Below, piece by piece: positions 1 to 13,699 of a stretch of DNA of 64,000 bases. The position numbers and the translations under genes are program-made. The DNA is from Malacoraja senta (taxonomy: Eukaryota). The DNA is taken from positions 15,872,001 to 15,936,000 of the forward strand of contig CM075982.1 of the NCBI GenBank assembly GCA_038087875.1, given 5' to 3'. The number at the start of each line of letters is the position of its first letter. The first letter of the stretch is position 1. The notes below the pieces were generated by a model. It saw only the letters and a list, made by a program, of their open reading frames with translations, did not search any database and was not told where the DNA came from.

Positions 1-1579
1 ACAAAAAGGCTGGAGGAACTCAGCGGGCGAGGCAGCATCTATGGAGAGAAGGAATAGGCGACGTTTCGGGTCAGACTGACAGTAATGTCAACTCATGATG
101 GAGTGCTTTGAGGTCAGGCAGAGGTGAGAGTGAGGCAGCTTGGCATATTGGTGAAAATCAATACACAATAGATAAGAACGAGTACAACCAACGGGTTATC
201 CATACAACCAAGCCAGGTTACTTTCACCTTTGTGATCAGTCATCCCCAGAAAGATTTAATTAAACCCCGCCACCTTTCTTCTCTTGGTCTAACTCTGTCT
301 CTGAAAGTGCTGTCATCCCTATACTCTAAACTCCATTCAGTTTTCATTACTTTTATTCTCTCCTTAGAATGGGTCTCACTGGTAAAGCCAGCATCTAGTA
401 GGTTGTGGAAAATCACCTTCTGGAGCCACTGTAGTCCATCTGTTGATGATGCAGCCACAGTGCGGTTCTAACAGCCCTCTAAAAGGTGGCATACGTAAAT
501 TAATTTGTATGCTTCTAGGTTTATGTTCAGTCATAGTTGACTACCCTGGACCATTGCACCCATATGTTTCAAACAGGAAGTCAATTGCAGAGCTGTTTTG
601 TTGTGGAGAAAGGAGGATGAATGGAGGATTGGCTCCTTCCTTCACTCCACTACATGGAGGAATGGTCAGATTCTCCACAATTTCCCTGTGTGCATCGTTC
701 TCAGGTTTGACCCTGAGCCTCCTAGTAATTCAAGAAGGAATACTGGGGTTACCTGTGCTGCATTGGATGTTCTGCCCACAAACAGTACTTTCCCACAGGG
801 CCAATTAAACCACCTATCTTGCATTTGCCGCCAACAGAACAGCCCATGTTTTATTGCCACAAGTCCCCGAATTTACAAGAATTCAGCAGTAAAGAGGAAG
901 GTTCTGCGTTATTTGCCTTATATAGTCATTTTAGAAATACAACATCAAAAATAATTCTGATCATATAACCGTTTGGGCCCATAAAAACTATGAAGGCAAT
1001 AAACATCACATGAATGCCCCCTGCTTTATTTATGTTCAGAAACCTATGATAAAATTCAGTTTTGCGCCAATAAAATTCTGTTTATAGCTCAGCTCGTTGA
1101 TATACCTAATTAAACTGGGGTGGTTACAGTTGTGAAGACAACTAACAATGGTCAATCTCTGCAAATGTTTACTCAGAGTCAATAAACCTACTTAGAAATC
1201 AGAGAGGAATAAATCAGCAAACGATCTGAATGATGTATCGCAGGAGTTGTTGACAAGGAGTGGTTTCTGCAGTATCCAACTTCACGTTTACTGGCCATCA
1301 GTTTTAATAGCAGAACCCAAAGGGGTTACGCAGCCAGAATCAATGACACATCATTCTGGATGATCAGCCATGATCATATTGAATGACGGTGCTGGCTCGA
1401 AGGGCCGAATGGCCTACTCCTGCACCTACTTTCTATGTTTCTAGGTAAAATACGTTGGTGTGATTGATGAGGATTGATGCCAAAGTCCTAAATGATTTGA
1501 TGTTCAACACCTCAGGTTCTACTCACAGTCATGTACATAGAAATCGAAGTGTGATAAGAATTGGCGCAAACCACAATTG

Positions 1580-2700
1580 CGGCAGCATGGAGCCACAGCT
1601 GCCGGAGCCTGTAAGCCTCATAGCTCCAGAGACCTGAGTTCGATCCCGACCTTGGCTGCTGTCTGTGTGGAGTTTGTACAATCTCCTTGTGACTGCATGG
1701 TTTTTTCTTGGGTGCTCCAGTTTCCTCCACATCCCAAAGACCTGTGGGTTTGTAGGTTAATTGGTCTCTGTAAAATGCCCTAGTGTGTAGGGAGCGGTTG
1801 CGAAAGTGGGATAACATAAAGCTAGGTAGACACAAAATGCTGGAGGAACTCAACGGGTGAGGCAGCATCTATGGAAAGAAGGAATTGGCGACGTTTCTGG
1901 TCGAGAGACCTTCTTCAGATTAATGTCAGGGAGGTGGTAGGACAAAGAAATAATGTGAGCAGGGACAGTGGGATTAGTGGGAGAACTGGGAACGGAGGGG
2001 GGTGGATGAAGATGGAGAGCAAGGGCTACCTGAAGTTAGAGAAGTCAATGTTCATACCGCTGGGGTGTAAACTGCCCAAGCGAAATATGAGGTGCTGTTC
2101 CTCCAATTTGCGCTGGGCCTCACTCTGACAATGGAGGAGGCCCAGGACAGAAAGGTCGCATTGGGAATGGGAGGGGGGGTTGAAGTGCTGGGCCCCCGGG
2201 AGATCAGCTTGATTAAGAAGGACTGAGCGGAGATGTTCAACGAAACGATCGCCGACCCTGTGCTTGGTCTCGCCGACTTAGAGAAGTTGACACATGGAAC
2301 CGCGGATGCAATAGATGAGGTTGGAGGAGGTGCAAGTGAACCTCTGCCTCACTTGGAAAGACTGTTTGGGTCCTTGGATGGAGTCGAGGGGGAGGTAAAG
2401 GGACAGGTGTTGCATCTCCTGCGGTTGCAGGGGAAAGTACCTGGGGAGTGGGTGGGAAGGGACGAGTTGACCAGGGAGTTACAGAGGGAACGGTCTCTGA
2501 GGAAAGCAGAAAGGGGTGGAGATTCCTTCTCTCCAAAGATGCTGCCTCACCCACTGAGTTTCTCCAGCATTTTGTGACTACCTTTGATTTACCAGCATCT
2601 GCAGTTCTTCCTTTAACATAAAGCTAGCATGAATGGGTGATCAATGGTCGGTGTGGCCGGTTTCTATACTGTGTCTTTTAAACTAAAACTAAAATTAAAA
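1580..2700 (+). mobile_element. HE1/V-SINE-type tRNA-derived SINE, split by the PLE insertion
   Basis: B-box gagttcgatcc, V-domain-like tgtgtggagtttg...gctccagtttcctc core, (ctaaaa)n tail. Confidence 0.75.
1826..2613 (-). mobile_element. Penelope-like element (PLE) 3' fragment: frameshifted GIY-YIG endonuclease C-terminus, 3' pseudo-LTR and an inverted pseudo-LTR piece, inserted in an HE1 SINE
   Basis: Minus strand across frameshifts gives a GETK..GDRFVEHL-like segment and LHCQSEAQRKLEEQHLIFRLGSLHPSGMNIDFSNF. pLTR at 1826-1920 recurs inverted at 2521-2613. Flanked by a 14-bp duplication taacataaagctag (1812-1825, 2614-2627). Confidence 0.85.
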
Positions 2701-5042
2701 ATAAAACACAGGCTGTTTTGTTAGCAGATTATGCACAGATATTAGTGGTCTTTATTTATTGTGACTCTCCTAACCACAGAAAATTTTGGCAATTTTGAAA
2801 ATAAAATTACTGTACAGTGGAATCATTGTTGTCACTGGAGGTGTGTGTTTCTAGGATAGGTGCGATTTTATTTTCAGTCATATGATGGTAGGCATCTAAG
2901 CTTCTAAGCAGTTTTTGCAATCATCCAGATCTCCTTACAGGAGTGGTCTTGCATCAACAGTTTATTTCTGTGTTTGAAGTCAAATAAGGTTTTGTTTCTT
3001 TGTGAAACTTGATTTGGTGCTTCACCTCTTGGCACCTGTGTTGAATCCAATTCATGAACAAATGTTTCAGCATTGACACTTAGTTCATCTCTACAGAGAT
3101 CACCAGCTTCTGTCACCACTGTCATCCAATGTCACCTGTTGTCCACTAGCCTCCATTATTGTTCCTACCTCTCAGCTATATGAGCTCAACTCGCTGCAGT
3201 TGGGGTTACGGTAGAGTGTGAGATGAATGGGAAAGGAGACAAATGAGCCTAGACATTGCTTTCTTGTAACTCATGCCACAGCTCTTGTTTTGATCCAACT
3301 GCTGCTGATCAATGCTAGAAACAATATGTAGTTGAAGTAGAGCCAGTATGTTCTTAATCTTCTCTTCTTCAAGAGTTCTTCAGATGTATAACGCATGTTA
3401 ATGTGCAGAATAGTTTCATGCTTTCGCATTAAAGTTGTCTTGGACAGGTACATGGATAGGAAAGGTTTAGAGAGATATGGGCCAAATGTGGACAAATTGG
3501 ACTAGCTCAGATGGGGCATCTTGGTCGGTGTGGACATGTTGGGTCGAAGAGCTTGTGCTGTATGACTCTATGACTCTATGATGAAAAAATTGTGCTGATC
3601 TAGAATATCCCTGCAATACCTTGTGAGCTTCCATAGCTATTCATACTGACCTGACCGTTTTGGCTAGTAATTAAACATTCAGGCACTTGCCAGAGATTCA
3701 GTATTGTGTTATATTTAAAAAAATGCTGACACACCACAATGCTCTTCTGTCCAGCAGGGTCATGGTACAGGATATCCATAGATACACAGATGGATAGATA
3801 CACCACAAAAGGCAAACAGGGTTGTCCAAGAAATCTGGTCTCCCGGTGATGCCCACATCTCACAAAATGAATTAAAAGAAGTTGATTTGTACATTTTGGC
3901 CAATGTGCTTTAGCTATCTTTTTGATACCTATAAGGTGGTGTATGGTATCGTCAGACTCTGAAAATTCGTCAATTTCTGGATCATTGAGAATGGATAGTT
4001 AGCCTTCCTCCCTACTTGATCCCTATTTAAATATTTAGGAAGGAATTGCAGATGCTGGTTTAAACCAAAGATAAACACAAAAAGCTGGAGTAACTCAGTG
4101 GGTCAGACAGTATATCTGGAGAATGGGTGACGTTTCGGGTCGAGACCCTTCTTCTTCCATTTCTCCAGAGATGCTGTCTGTCCCGCTGAGTTACTTCAGC
4201 TTTTTGTGCCTATCTTCCTATTTAAATAGTTATGCTGATTGTTGTATCCTGGTGGCAGTGTTCACCTTGTGTGAAGGGCATTGCATATTGCAGAGCAAAA
4301 CCAGGAGTCCCTATAGGACTGGTTCTGGTGACCGTTGATATCCTGGGGCTTGTTATAAACAAGAAATGTAATTGGACGAGTCACAGAAATGCAAGAACAG
4401 GTCTGCAGCAAGTGACTCACCTCCCCCCCCCCCCCCCCCCCCCCCAAGGCCTTTCCAGCGACAGAGCAGAAGCCAGGAATATGATGGAATACTCTGCACT
4501 TGCCTAGATGCGTGCAGCACTCAGAAGTTTCAAGAAACTCAATAACTTCCATCCAGCACAAAGCAGCGTTAGTATTCTGTGCGTTTCCAGCATTAAGTCG
4601 GGTTGATTCTTTCCACTACAAACAATGCAAAGGTGAATAAGAAACAAACCGCTGGAGGAACTCAGAGGGTCAGGCAGCAACTGTGGGGGCAAAGCGATGG
4701 GTAAACATTTCAGGTCGAGATCCCTGCCTCAGAACAGAGAGTGTAGAGGGGAGACTGCCAGTAAAAAAGGGGTAGAAGAGGGAGAGGTGAGGCATTGGAA
4801 GGATGATGGATAGATGTAGCCTGTTTTGACAGGAGTGAGGGAGGGGGAGGGGGGGAGGGGGGTGTTGGGGGGAATAGGAAACCCTGTGGGTTGTGTATGA
4901 GTGACAGGCAGATGGAGCCTGAACAAAACAGGGGAGCGGGGGTTGTGTGAGTTGGAAAAATGTGTGAGGGAGGATGTAAGACGTGGGGTGGATTAGAAGG
5001 ATAAAAGTAAGGAACACAAGGGGTGCAGGGTGGTGATAGAGC

Positions 5043-5345
5043 AGCACTGCGGTGCAGCGGTAGAGTTGCTGCCTTATAGCACCAGAGACCCAGGTTTGAT
5101 CTTGACTGCGGGTGCTGTCTGTTCGGAGTTTGCACCTTCTCCCCGTGACCGCATGGGATTTCTCCGGGTGCTCCGGTTTCCCCCCACATTCCAAAGACGT
5201 GCAGGTTTGTAGGTTATTTGGCTTCTGCAAATTGTCCCTAGTGTGTAGAAGCAGAACTATTATATGGGTGATCACTGTCGGTGCAGACTCGATGGGCTGA
5301 AGAACCTGTTTCCACGCTGTATCTCTAAACTATAAACTAAACTAA
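5043..5345 (+). mobile_element. HE1-type SINE
   Basis: ggtgcagcggtagagttgctgcc head, ggtttgatct B-box, conserved core, (taaac)n tail. Confidence 0.85.
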
Positions 5346-6685
5346 GCTGCAAAAGGCTTTAAAAGTCCTTTCATTGCATCGGTAAGAGCCGAATAATAAG
5401 TGTTAGCCTTGTCAGTGATACCTAGCTCTAGAGAACGAAATTGAACTAAGGTACTTATGCCACAGATTTCCCCAATCCTATTGCTTTTCCCGTACGTGCA
5501 GCGGGATGTATTAATGAGTGCCCAGGAGTGATTTATGGTCTGTGATATCATCCTGAGATGGAGAACGTGATCCAATTCCTCCATGGCACTTACAGTATGG
5601 CCTTTTAATCACCTGCAGCGCCCTGCTATTGTGTAGTCAATGTATAAACTGCATCAGATCCCAGGCAATCTCTACTCCCCGCGGACCAGTTTATAAATCA
5701 GGCCTGATGATAGAAGTCATTGATGAACTCCTCGGTGATGAGCCCGTCGCTATTAAGAGTGGATCTTCCAGAGTGGCATTTCCCTCGGCAGAAGAAAGAA
5801 AACGAACACGGCCTCGCATTAATCAGAAATACTGATAACAACTCAGAAATAGTGTGCAGGACTAGAATAAATAACCTTCACTAGGCATCGCTGACAGGGA
5901 CAATAAAATACAAACCATATTACCAGCAGTGTGCAAAACAGTCATTACCATACATTACTGTCAGTGGGACATACTTTACGTCAACGCAATTGAAACCTTT
6001 TATTTTCACTTCAGCATTAGGCAGGAAGGAGAAATCATTATCCGATGAAATTATCCTGCAAAGCAGCAAAGTGCATCAGGATGGTTTCAAAAGCCCAGAT
6101 TGTAGCCCCTGCCATCCCTCCCCTGCCTGATTTAACTTGTTATTTTACAGAAATAATCCCTTAATACCCATTGCAGAAACAGGAAAATCCAGTGTTACCC
6201 AGGCTTAGAGTCGTTCAGTGAAATACAGTGTGAATGTAACTCAGGCTAATAATGGTGGAAGGAGGGAATGAGGGATCTAGGTATGATTGCCCCTAGAAGT
6301 GGGCTGGGGGTTGCACTGTTTGATTAAACTGCACTCAGTGTGTTGACACCGATAGCATCCCAGCTTCACACAGTCAATACTAACAGCATTGTTTATTTTG
6401 GCTTCACAGAGGTCTCGATACTGTACTGTAATAATGAATGGTGAGGTAAAGCTATTCTGCTCCACCAAATGCCAGAGGGAAAGTTAAGGAATATGCAGCG
6501 GTAGTTCTTTGGAGTTCATATCTGCAGCCGTGCTCAGGGTAATTAATTTATGATCCACCGGTGTCCCTCTGCCGATGCTGTCCCTCAGCCAGTGACGGGT
6601 AATAACTTGCCTTTGGGACGGTGGTGCAGTCCAGACCCTGAGTCAGGCCTTCTCTTAACATTGCTTGATGTTGTCTTCAATGTGA

Positions 6686-6892
6686 GGGAAGGAACTGCAG
6701 ATGCTGGATTACACCGTAGATAGACACAAAATGCTGGAGTAACTCAGCAGGATAGGCAGCATCTCTGGAAAGAAGGAATGGGTGACGTTTCGGGTCAAGA
6801 TCCTTATCCAGACGTCTTTTTCAGAGTCTGAAGAAGGGTCTCGACCCGAAACATCACCCGCTGAACCGCTGAGTTACTCCAGCATTTTGTGC
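6686..6892. repeat. Fold-back PLE pseudo-LTR insertion; representative of copies at 1-80, 4036-4218, 17373-17487, 21884-22060, 33350-33467, 39213-39310, 41855-42012, 53887-54030 and 58771-58830
   Basis: gctggagtaactcagc...gacgtttcgggtc is followed by its reverse complement. Degenerate hammerhead core at 6828-6855. Confidence 0.8.
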
Positions 6893-8387
6893 CTGGCTGT
6901 CTTCAATGTGAATCTGCGCCTTCACACTGAACATTAGCAGCATTCCATCCAACATTCTGCAGCTACTGCGGCAGCATCACACAGAAGTCCCAGCTAAAGC
7001 CTGGAAGAAAAGTACTGAGTGAATGATTTGAACTGAAAATCAAAAAGCCGCAGATATTGGTCATCTGAACTGTAAACAGAAAATGCTGGCAACACCCGAC
7101 AGGTCAGGTAGCATCTGTAGAGAGAGAAACTGAAATAACATTTCAGGTTGAAAATCTTCCACCAGAAAGATTCTGATTTCTTGGGTCCCCTTCTACAGAT
7201 GTTGCCTTGCATGTCGACATTTCAGGCATTTTCTGTGATCAGTCGAAGCTTCCAGTCAATCAGCCATGCTCTGATTTCTGGACTTGTTTTTGGATATTTA
7301 CGAGGTGCTGGACTTTAGTATGATGGCCAAGTAGAAGCTGCAGTGGGCAATGCTGGAGGAACACTTTAGAAACATAGAAAATAGGTGCAGGAGTAGGCCA
7401 TTCAGCCCTTCGAGCCAGTATCGCCATTCAATATGATCATGGCTAATCATCCTAAATCAGTACCCCATTCCTGCTTTCTTGGATGTATTCAAGAGAGAGT
7501 TAGATATAGCTCTTAGGGCTAACGGAAACAAGGGATATGGGGAAAAAGCGGAACAGGGTACTGATTCTGGATGATCAGCCATAATCATATTGAATGGTGG
7601 TGCTGGCTCGAAGGGCCGAATGGCCTATTCCTGCACTTAATTTTTTCTACCGACATATTAACTGTTTTGCTGCTTCGCTCCTCGTGAAAGCTGTCTGAAT
7701 TGCTTTGTACCAGTTTTTTTAAATGCTTTTTCTTTTTTACTGGAGTCGGTCTTTGAGCCACAGTGATCCATCTGAATCTGATTCAATTTGACCTTAAATA
7801 AAAGTCATAGCCATAGAAAAATAGGTGAGGAACAGTGATAAATAGGCCCATTTCTGGACAATTACTGTCTTTGATTTGCTTCCTGCTGACAGGCAAATAA
7901 TAATTAGCAAAAGAAAATCTTTAGGTAATTGTTATTTGCCCATTAGTGCTTTTTAATGAGGAAAATAGAACCCACACCAGGGAAATTATGAATGTTAGAA
8001 CGTGAGGTTTGCAGTGCACTAAGCCATTGAACCTGTTGAGCAGGCCTGCCATTCAATTTGTTCATGGATGATGTTATCAACTCCAGCCATCTACTTGATC
8101 TCCAACCTTCAAGGCAAACCATCAACTCCTGAAACATCGCCCGTCCCTTTTCTCCAGAGATGCTGCCTGACAAGCTGAGTTACTCCAGCACTTTGTGTCA
8201 ACCCTCGGGGCATGTCAAGTCTTTTGATGTTAGGCAATGATTGAGATTTAGAATTGGCAACAATGGATGTGCATGCTTATTCCTTCATTGTGTTGGGAAA
8301 AAGTGTTAGGACTCCCTACCCAATAGTCCTTCACACACAGATTGGAGCAAATCATGAAGAAGACCCATCACCATTTTCTCTGCGGCA

Positions 8388-8690
8388 ACTGTGGCATAGC
8401 GGTAGAGTTGCTGCCTTACAACGCTTTCAGCTCCGGAGAACCTGGTTCAATCCTGACTACGGGTGCTGTCTGTATGGAGTTTGTACATTCTCCCCGTGAC
8501 TGCGTGGGTTTTCTCCGAGATCTTCAGTTTCCTCCCACACTCCAAACACGTACAGGTATGTAGGTCAATTGGCTTGGTGTATGTGTAAATTGTCCCTAGT
8601 GTGTGTAGGATAGTGTTAATGTGCGGGGATCGCTGGTCGGTGCCGAAGGGCCGTTCTTTGCTGTATCTATAAAACTAAGACTAAAAAACT
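8388..8690 (+). mobile_element. HE1-type SINE
   Basis: Same head, core and tail; ggttcaatcc B-box. Confidence 0.85.
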
Positions 8691-8869
8691 GCTGGTGGAC
8701 AAAATTATCTAATATATATGATGGTGCACCCCTATATTCATGACGATCTTTCTTCAGATTGCTCCTTATTCACCCTCCAGAGCTCTTAGACTTAGAGACA
8801 TGTGGTGATAATTGTTGGATTGTAGAGGAGATATCAGACGGCCAGCTACAGTGAAAGTGAATTATCTCA

Positions 8870-9340
8870 GCGAGACTATCCCTGCCCTGCACACAAAGCA
8901 ACCTCCCTTCCATTGACTCCATTTACACCTCAAGTTGCCTCGGCAAGGCCAGCAGCATCATCAAAAAGAAGTCACAGCCCGGCCACTCCCTCTCTCCCCT
9001 CTCCCATCGGGCAAAAGTTACACGTGTGAAAACGCACACCTCCAGATTCAGGGACAGTTTCTTCCCAGCTGTATCAGGCAACTGAATCATCCTACAGCAA
9101 CTATAGAGCAGTCCTGAGCTACTATTTACCTCATTGGAGACCCTTGGACTATTTTTGCTCAGACTTTACTGGACCTTATCTTACACTAAACATTATTCAC
9201 GTTATTCCCTTTATCATGTATCTGTACACTGTGGATGGCTCGATTGTAATCATGTATTGTCTTTCCGTTGACTGGTTAGCTCACGACAAAAGCCTTTCAC
9301 TGTACTTTGGTACACGTGACAATAAACTAAACTCAAACTC
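8870..9340 (+). mobile_element. Rex1/Babar LINE 3' fragment
   Basis: SPLPSGK..., FRDSFFPAVIRQLN-type C-terminus; 3' stem-loop ttcactgtactttggtacacgtgacaataaa. Confidence 0.75.
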
Positions 9341-10479
9341 GTGAGGCACTAATACTTACCTAGACTGAGACCATCCAAGGGGGGAGGGGGAGGGGGGGGG
9401 GTTAAGAGGTGGCAGCCTGTGCACAGATCACCAACAGGGACTCTCAACTATAAGAAGTTTGCACACTGCCGCCCTGGGGAACTATTTCAGCTTTCTGTTC
9501 CAGCAATAGCATTTCAATAGCATCTCAAACTTGTCTACCTCGCCAGCTCAGTAATAGGCGGGCACATAGAGTCTACACATAGAATTTACATCTTCAGTGT
9601 CAACCAGCATCTGCAGTTCCTTCCTACACATAGAGCCTATCACGTGGCTGCCAACAGTACCTCAGTAGGTTATCTTATCCCATGGATTTCTAATAAGCTG
9701 CACCCATGGGTGAAAGTCGTGCATGGTTGGCAGCAGAGATGCATCATCGCAGATTTTTTAGACATTAATATTATCAAGTAATTTGAAGGCGGAAGGAACA
9801 CTGCCTCAGGAGGGGCTGGCTCTGTGTAGAGTATCATGGTTTCAAGCTATTAATCAGACGCAGACGTTCTGCAGCTATCGATGCACTCGCTTCAACCCAG
9901 CACATCCGATTTGTTTTGCGTGGATGTTGCAGACACACGGAGGCTGCCGTACGTGAAGCCCGACGTTGCTGCACCTCACAGCTGCTGCACGATATGGAAG
10001 GTCGTACGGTCGTACGTGATAGGAGCAGAATTAGGCCATTTGGCCCATCAAGTCCACTCCGCCATTCAATCACGGTTGATCGATCTCTCCCTCCTAACCC
10101 CATCCTCCTGCCTTCTCCCCGTAACCTCTGACCCCCGTACTGATCAAGAATCGGGGGAAGAAAGATGCCAGCCTGCCTGCCTGACGATTAACTGAGCAGC
10201 CGGAAGGAGCTGCAGTGGGGAGTCTCTCACACAGGCTTCTCCATCTCACCGAAAGTCTCGGGTACCTCAGGTGTCCCTTCTCTGGGGGTGGGCTGCGGGG
10301 GAGGGGGCGGGGATTGGCACGGACCCACTGCCCTGCAGGGAAGTTCCTGCTCCCCACCTGCTTTCCAGTACCACCTCCACATATACAGTAAAGGAATAGA
10401 TTTATAAACAAAACAGGTTTTGGGGGGCACTCATTTAAAACGTGTTTTGTTTTTGCGGTACACACGTCCCCACTCACTT

Positions 10480-10880
10480 TTAACATCTCTCACTCCCACT
10501 CAATGCCTGCCCTCCCTCTCACCCTCCCTCCACTCAATGTCTCCCTCCACTCAATGTCTCCCCCCACTCACCCCCCCATTCACTCACCCCCCCCTCACTG
10601 TCTTCTCCCCATTCACTCTCCCCCATTCACTGTCTCCCCCCCATTCACTGTCTCCCCCCATTCACTGTCTCCCCCCATTCACTGTCTCCCCCACACTCAC
10701 CATAACCCCCAATTCACCATATCCCCCCACTCACTGTCTCCCTCCCACTCACCATCATCTCCCCGTTCACCTCCTCTCCCCCACTCACCTTCCTTTCCCC
10801 CTACAGTTACTGTCATCCCACCACCGCCGCCCACCGTCCCCTCCCCTCACCACCTCACACTGGACCCTCACTGCTTCTGT
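10480..10880. repeat. C-rich minisatellite with a unit of about 18-20 bp (cccccattcactgtctc); G-rich on the minus strand
   Basis: Directly visible tandem units at 10600-10700. Confidence 0.85.
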
Positions 10881-11564
10881 CCACACTCACGCCACCTCGC
10901 TTCCAGATAATAAAAGACCTGGCAGTTCATTCCCTTCCTGCCTCTGGTTCTCACAGTGAAATGAAACTGGATGCGGTGGCAAATTAAAGCACTCAATCTC
11001 CGCCAACTTGTTTTCAACAGACCTAGACATGAGCCGTGGAAAATCCCAGTGGTAAGAGGCTTTGGGAATCATAAATTCAGGGTCCCCTGTTTCTCTTAAT
11101 CATGTCCCACTTAGAATATTTCGTGCTGCACTTCACTTATATGCTGCCTCCCAAAATATAATTTTCAGAAAGAAATCTATTTAATTTGCATTTGAATGAA
11201 GCAATACCAACTGATTCCATTCTCTCCCTCAGGAGCCTGTTCCTTTAGATTGAACACTTACTCACTGAAATAATGTTTCTGTGGATTCGTTTTTAATTTA
11301 CACTCCTTTGAGCACAGGCAGTATTTCCTAACACTACTGGCGATGGAAGATGGAACGGCTTGCTTTGGTTTCAATATTACCGAACACATCTCTTCGCAGC
11401 ATTCTCTTCTCCCCCAAAATTGACCCCAACATTCCTCAAAATGCTGATCCTCCACCTTTTACAATCCTAGAGGCCTCTTTAAGGCCGTCTGAGTGGTTGC
11501 TGGATGCTTTTTATTTTATAGCAATCAAAACTATTCACAGTGTTGCAAGTGAAGTTGAACTGGT

Positions 11565-11836
11565 TTAGTTTAGTTTAGAGATGCAGCGCGGAAACAGGCC
11601 CACCACATATTAACAGTATCCTACACACACACACTAGGGGTAATTTTTACATTTACCAAGTCAATTAACCTACAGTGTGGGAGGAAACCGAAGATCTCGG
11701 AGAAAACCCACGCAGGTCACGGGGGAGAATGGACAAACTCCGTACCAACAGCACCCGTAGTCAGGATCGAACCCTGATCTCCGGCGCTGCATTCACTGAA
11801 AGGCAGCAACTTTACCGCTGCGCCACCATGCTGCCC
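11565..11836 (-). mobile_element. HE1-type SINE
   Basis: Reverse complement of the same consensus with (gttta)n tail. Confidence 0.85.
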
Positions 11837-12699
11837 TTAAAGCAGGATTAATTCTCTACTGATCTATTCGCAGTATTGTGATTAATTGTCAATCAGATTT
11901 CCTGGATCTCTCTGTTTACAGACCCAATTCTAACTAGGTTGAAATCCTTCTTGGCAATCTACTTCAACCCGGCTTCCAACAAACTGTAACCAGGAGAAGG
12001 CTATTAGTCCTCAAGCCTGCTTTTAGTCAAGCACCAAAGTGTATTCATGATCCCCAGCTTGTTTTATTGCAGCTTGATGACGTGGTATTTCACTTTGACT
12101 CAAAATGGACTGTTTAACTCTCACTGCATAGCTTGGGACAGGGGGATGATAGTTACAAGTGGCGTTATTGAGGTGATATACTGTTTGCTAAGCTTCTCTC
12201 TACATGGAGGACACGGTGTCTTCAGCTCGGATCCACAATCAGTCAGCGGAGTGATCTAGTGATCATCCGTTACATGTTTAACCTGGCCTCGGGGCAGAGT
12301 TATTTGCAACAGGAGCGAGCCATGCTCTCTGCCACCTGGCCCGACTGATCCTCTGTTCCTTTCCCCGTCACGTCTGTCTACTTGAAGGTGCTGCGAATTT
12401 GGCTCGGTGGAGCTGGGTTGCATGGCAAGAATTAGCAGGAGATGATCATTCATGAGATGAGATCAGCATTGCGTCTTGGTGGTGGGCAAGAAACTGGTTA
12501 TCATGTAAGAGGTGCACTCAGTGTTGCTGCACCTGGCGCGAGTGTGGCCCACTGTTTCATCTGGAGATCCAGGATGGATTGCACTTGTCGAGTCATGATG
12601 CACAAGTCTCCAGAGGGGAAAATGTACCCCATACAGTTTTCATCCTGGCTACCTTTGTGAATGGCTGCAGCAGGCTGTGCTCAGTACTGAAGTACACGA

Positions 12700-13636
12700 C
12701 CGATGTCGGGAAGCTCCAACGATGCAGAAGGTTCGACTAGCCCCGACCCTGGATCGATCGCCTGGCGCGGGGTGATGAGATTTCCCCCCCCCCCCCCGAT
12801 GCAGGAGCTTGATCGCCCCGACGCGGAGGGCCCGACCGCTGGCTATGGGAGCCAAGTTCGTCCTGTCAATGGGAGGCTCAAGGCCCCCGACTGCAGGAGA
12901 ACAAAGAAGGGAAGAGATTGAACATTTTTTCGCCTTCCATCACAGTGAGGAATGTGGAGGAGTTACTGTGGTGGATGTTTATGTTAAAATGTATTTTGTG
13001 TGTCTTGTTGCTTTTTATTGGTATGACTGTATGGAAAATCAATACAGGGAGCTCCAGGTCCCTGGTGGGAGACGGCGTTTCGGAACTCCCGCAACGGCAA
13101 CCTCTCCCGCTGGAATCGCGAGGTTCAAAGGACACGGACGGGACTTACCATCGCCCGCCGGGGGCTCTAACATCGGAGCCCCAGTTCGCCTAGACACTGC
13201 AGTTGGACTGCGGGTTGGACTGCTTGAACCGCGGGGTTTGAAGGGCGCGGAGCCGGGGCCTAGCATCGCCCGGCGTGGCTGAATGTCCACGGGACTTGCC
13301 ATCGTCTGCCGGGGGCTTTAACACCGGAGCCCCAGTTCGCCTAGATGCTGCAGTTGGACTGCTGGACCGCGGGTGAAGAATAAAGGGAAGAGATAAGACT
13401 TTGCCTTCCATCACAGTGAGGAGGTGTTGGAGACTCACTGTGATGGATGTTTATGTAAACTGTGTTAAGTGTGGGTCTTGGTTTTTTTTGTAATGTGTTA
13501 AAAACCGTAGTAATGATATTTCGTTCAAGCCTAGGCTTGAATGAGAATAAATAGCATTCAATTCAAAATTCCTTGTGCTGTATGTTGCAAAACATACTTG
13601 GCTAATAAAGTATGATTATGATTATTATGATTATGA
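12700..13636 (+). mobile_element. Two nested GC-rich non-autonomous retroposons with a conserved hairpin and Rex1-type tails (inner copy about 13043-13566)
   Basis: Hairpin at 12932-12978 and 13403-13450. Tails: stem-loop + aataaa + (attca)n and (tatgat)n. Confidence 0.7.
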
Positions 13637-13699
13637 CGAATGTCACTGTGTGCTGAGGTTCTACCCATCCCTGGTGTTGGACTCATTGTTATGCAATGT

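Noticed and set aside
10420-10959. Pro/His/Ser-rich ORFs
   Set aside because: Translation of a C-rich minisatellite.
13412-13442. CACAGTG...CACTGTG resembling RAG RSS heptamers or a mini-Transib
   Set aside because: No ACAAAAACC nonamer at 12 or 23 bp spacing and no direct TSD; the heptamers are part of a longer hairpin stem.
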